From IMG/VR virus record IMGVR_UViG_3300030329_004481: DNA of 64,000 bases, one strand, 5' to 3'. The position numbers were made by a program, and so were the translations under genes. The stretch is from a virus. Numbering within the stretch: the first letter of the stretch is position 1; each line of letters starts with the position of its first letter. The notes under the pieces are model-generated. The model ran no database searches. It worked only from the letters and a program-made list of their open reading frames with translations, and was not told the origin of the DNA. Below are positions 63,997 to 64,000 of the stretch, in pieces.

Positions 63997-64000
63997 AACA

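Noticed and set aside
1-64000. CRISPR array, introns/inteins, transposases, alternative genetic code
   Set aside because: No spaced repeats were seen, core genes are of normal length and uninterrupted, and all three stop codons terminate genes under the standard code.

Overview
A 64 kb segment of an AT-rich, T4-like myophage genome, probably marine; the host cannot be identified from this window. Nearly all genes are on the minus strand. From left to right: (1) a replication block (regA, gp62, gp44, gp45) interrupted by glycosyltransferases and a DruA/DUF4338-like gene, followed by a CobS/VWA pair; (2) a late-promoter unit with an AsnRS/AspRS-type catalytic core lacking the anticodon-binding domain, an unannotated 43-aa C2H2 zinc-finger protein, and an atypical 97-nt tRNA (tRNA-Leu-like body, Asn anticodon and acceptor identity) whose precursor is clamped by a flanking inverted repeat; (3) def, gp46, gp47, gp55, uvsW, uvsY; (4) the head/tail module gp3-gp23-gp22-gp21-gp20, three gp19 paralogs, gp18, gp17; (5) a roughly 12 kb accessory insert between gp17 and gp16, with fibre-like proteins, a SleB hydrolase, five consecutive genes with T4-type capsid-targeting N-termini (including a kinase-HAD phosphatase fusion and a CCA-adding enzyme fused to a 2H phosphoesterase), a Pycsar-type membrane effector, an AapJ-like binding protein and a membrane-anchored cytochrome c; (6) gp16-gp13; (7) a tailoring-enzyme island of about 18 kb, running off the right edge, with 8 2OG-Fe(II) oxygenases, 5 radical SAM enzymes (2 B12-type), 2 sulfotransferases, a desaturase, a PLP enzyme, an SDR and an epimerase. 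The best candidates for undescribed systems are the aaRS-core/zinc-finger/chimeric-tRNA unit, the putatively virion-packaged RNA end-repair cluster and the tailoring island. All family assignments come from motif recognition by eye; no database searches were run.
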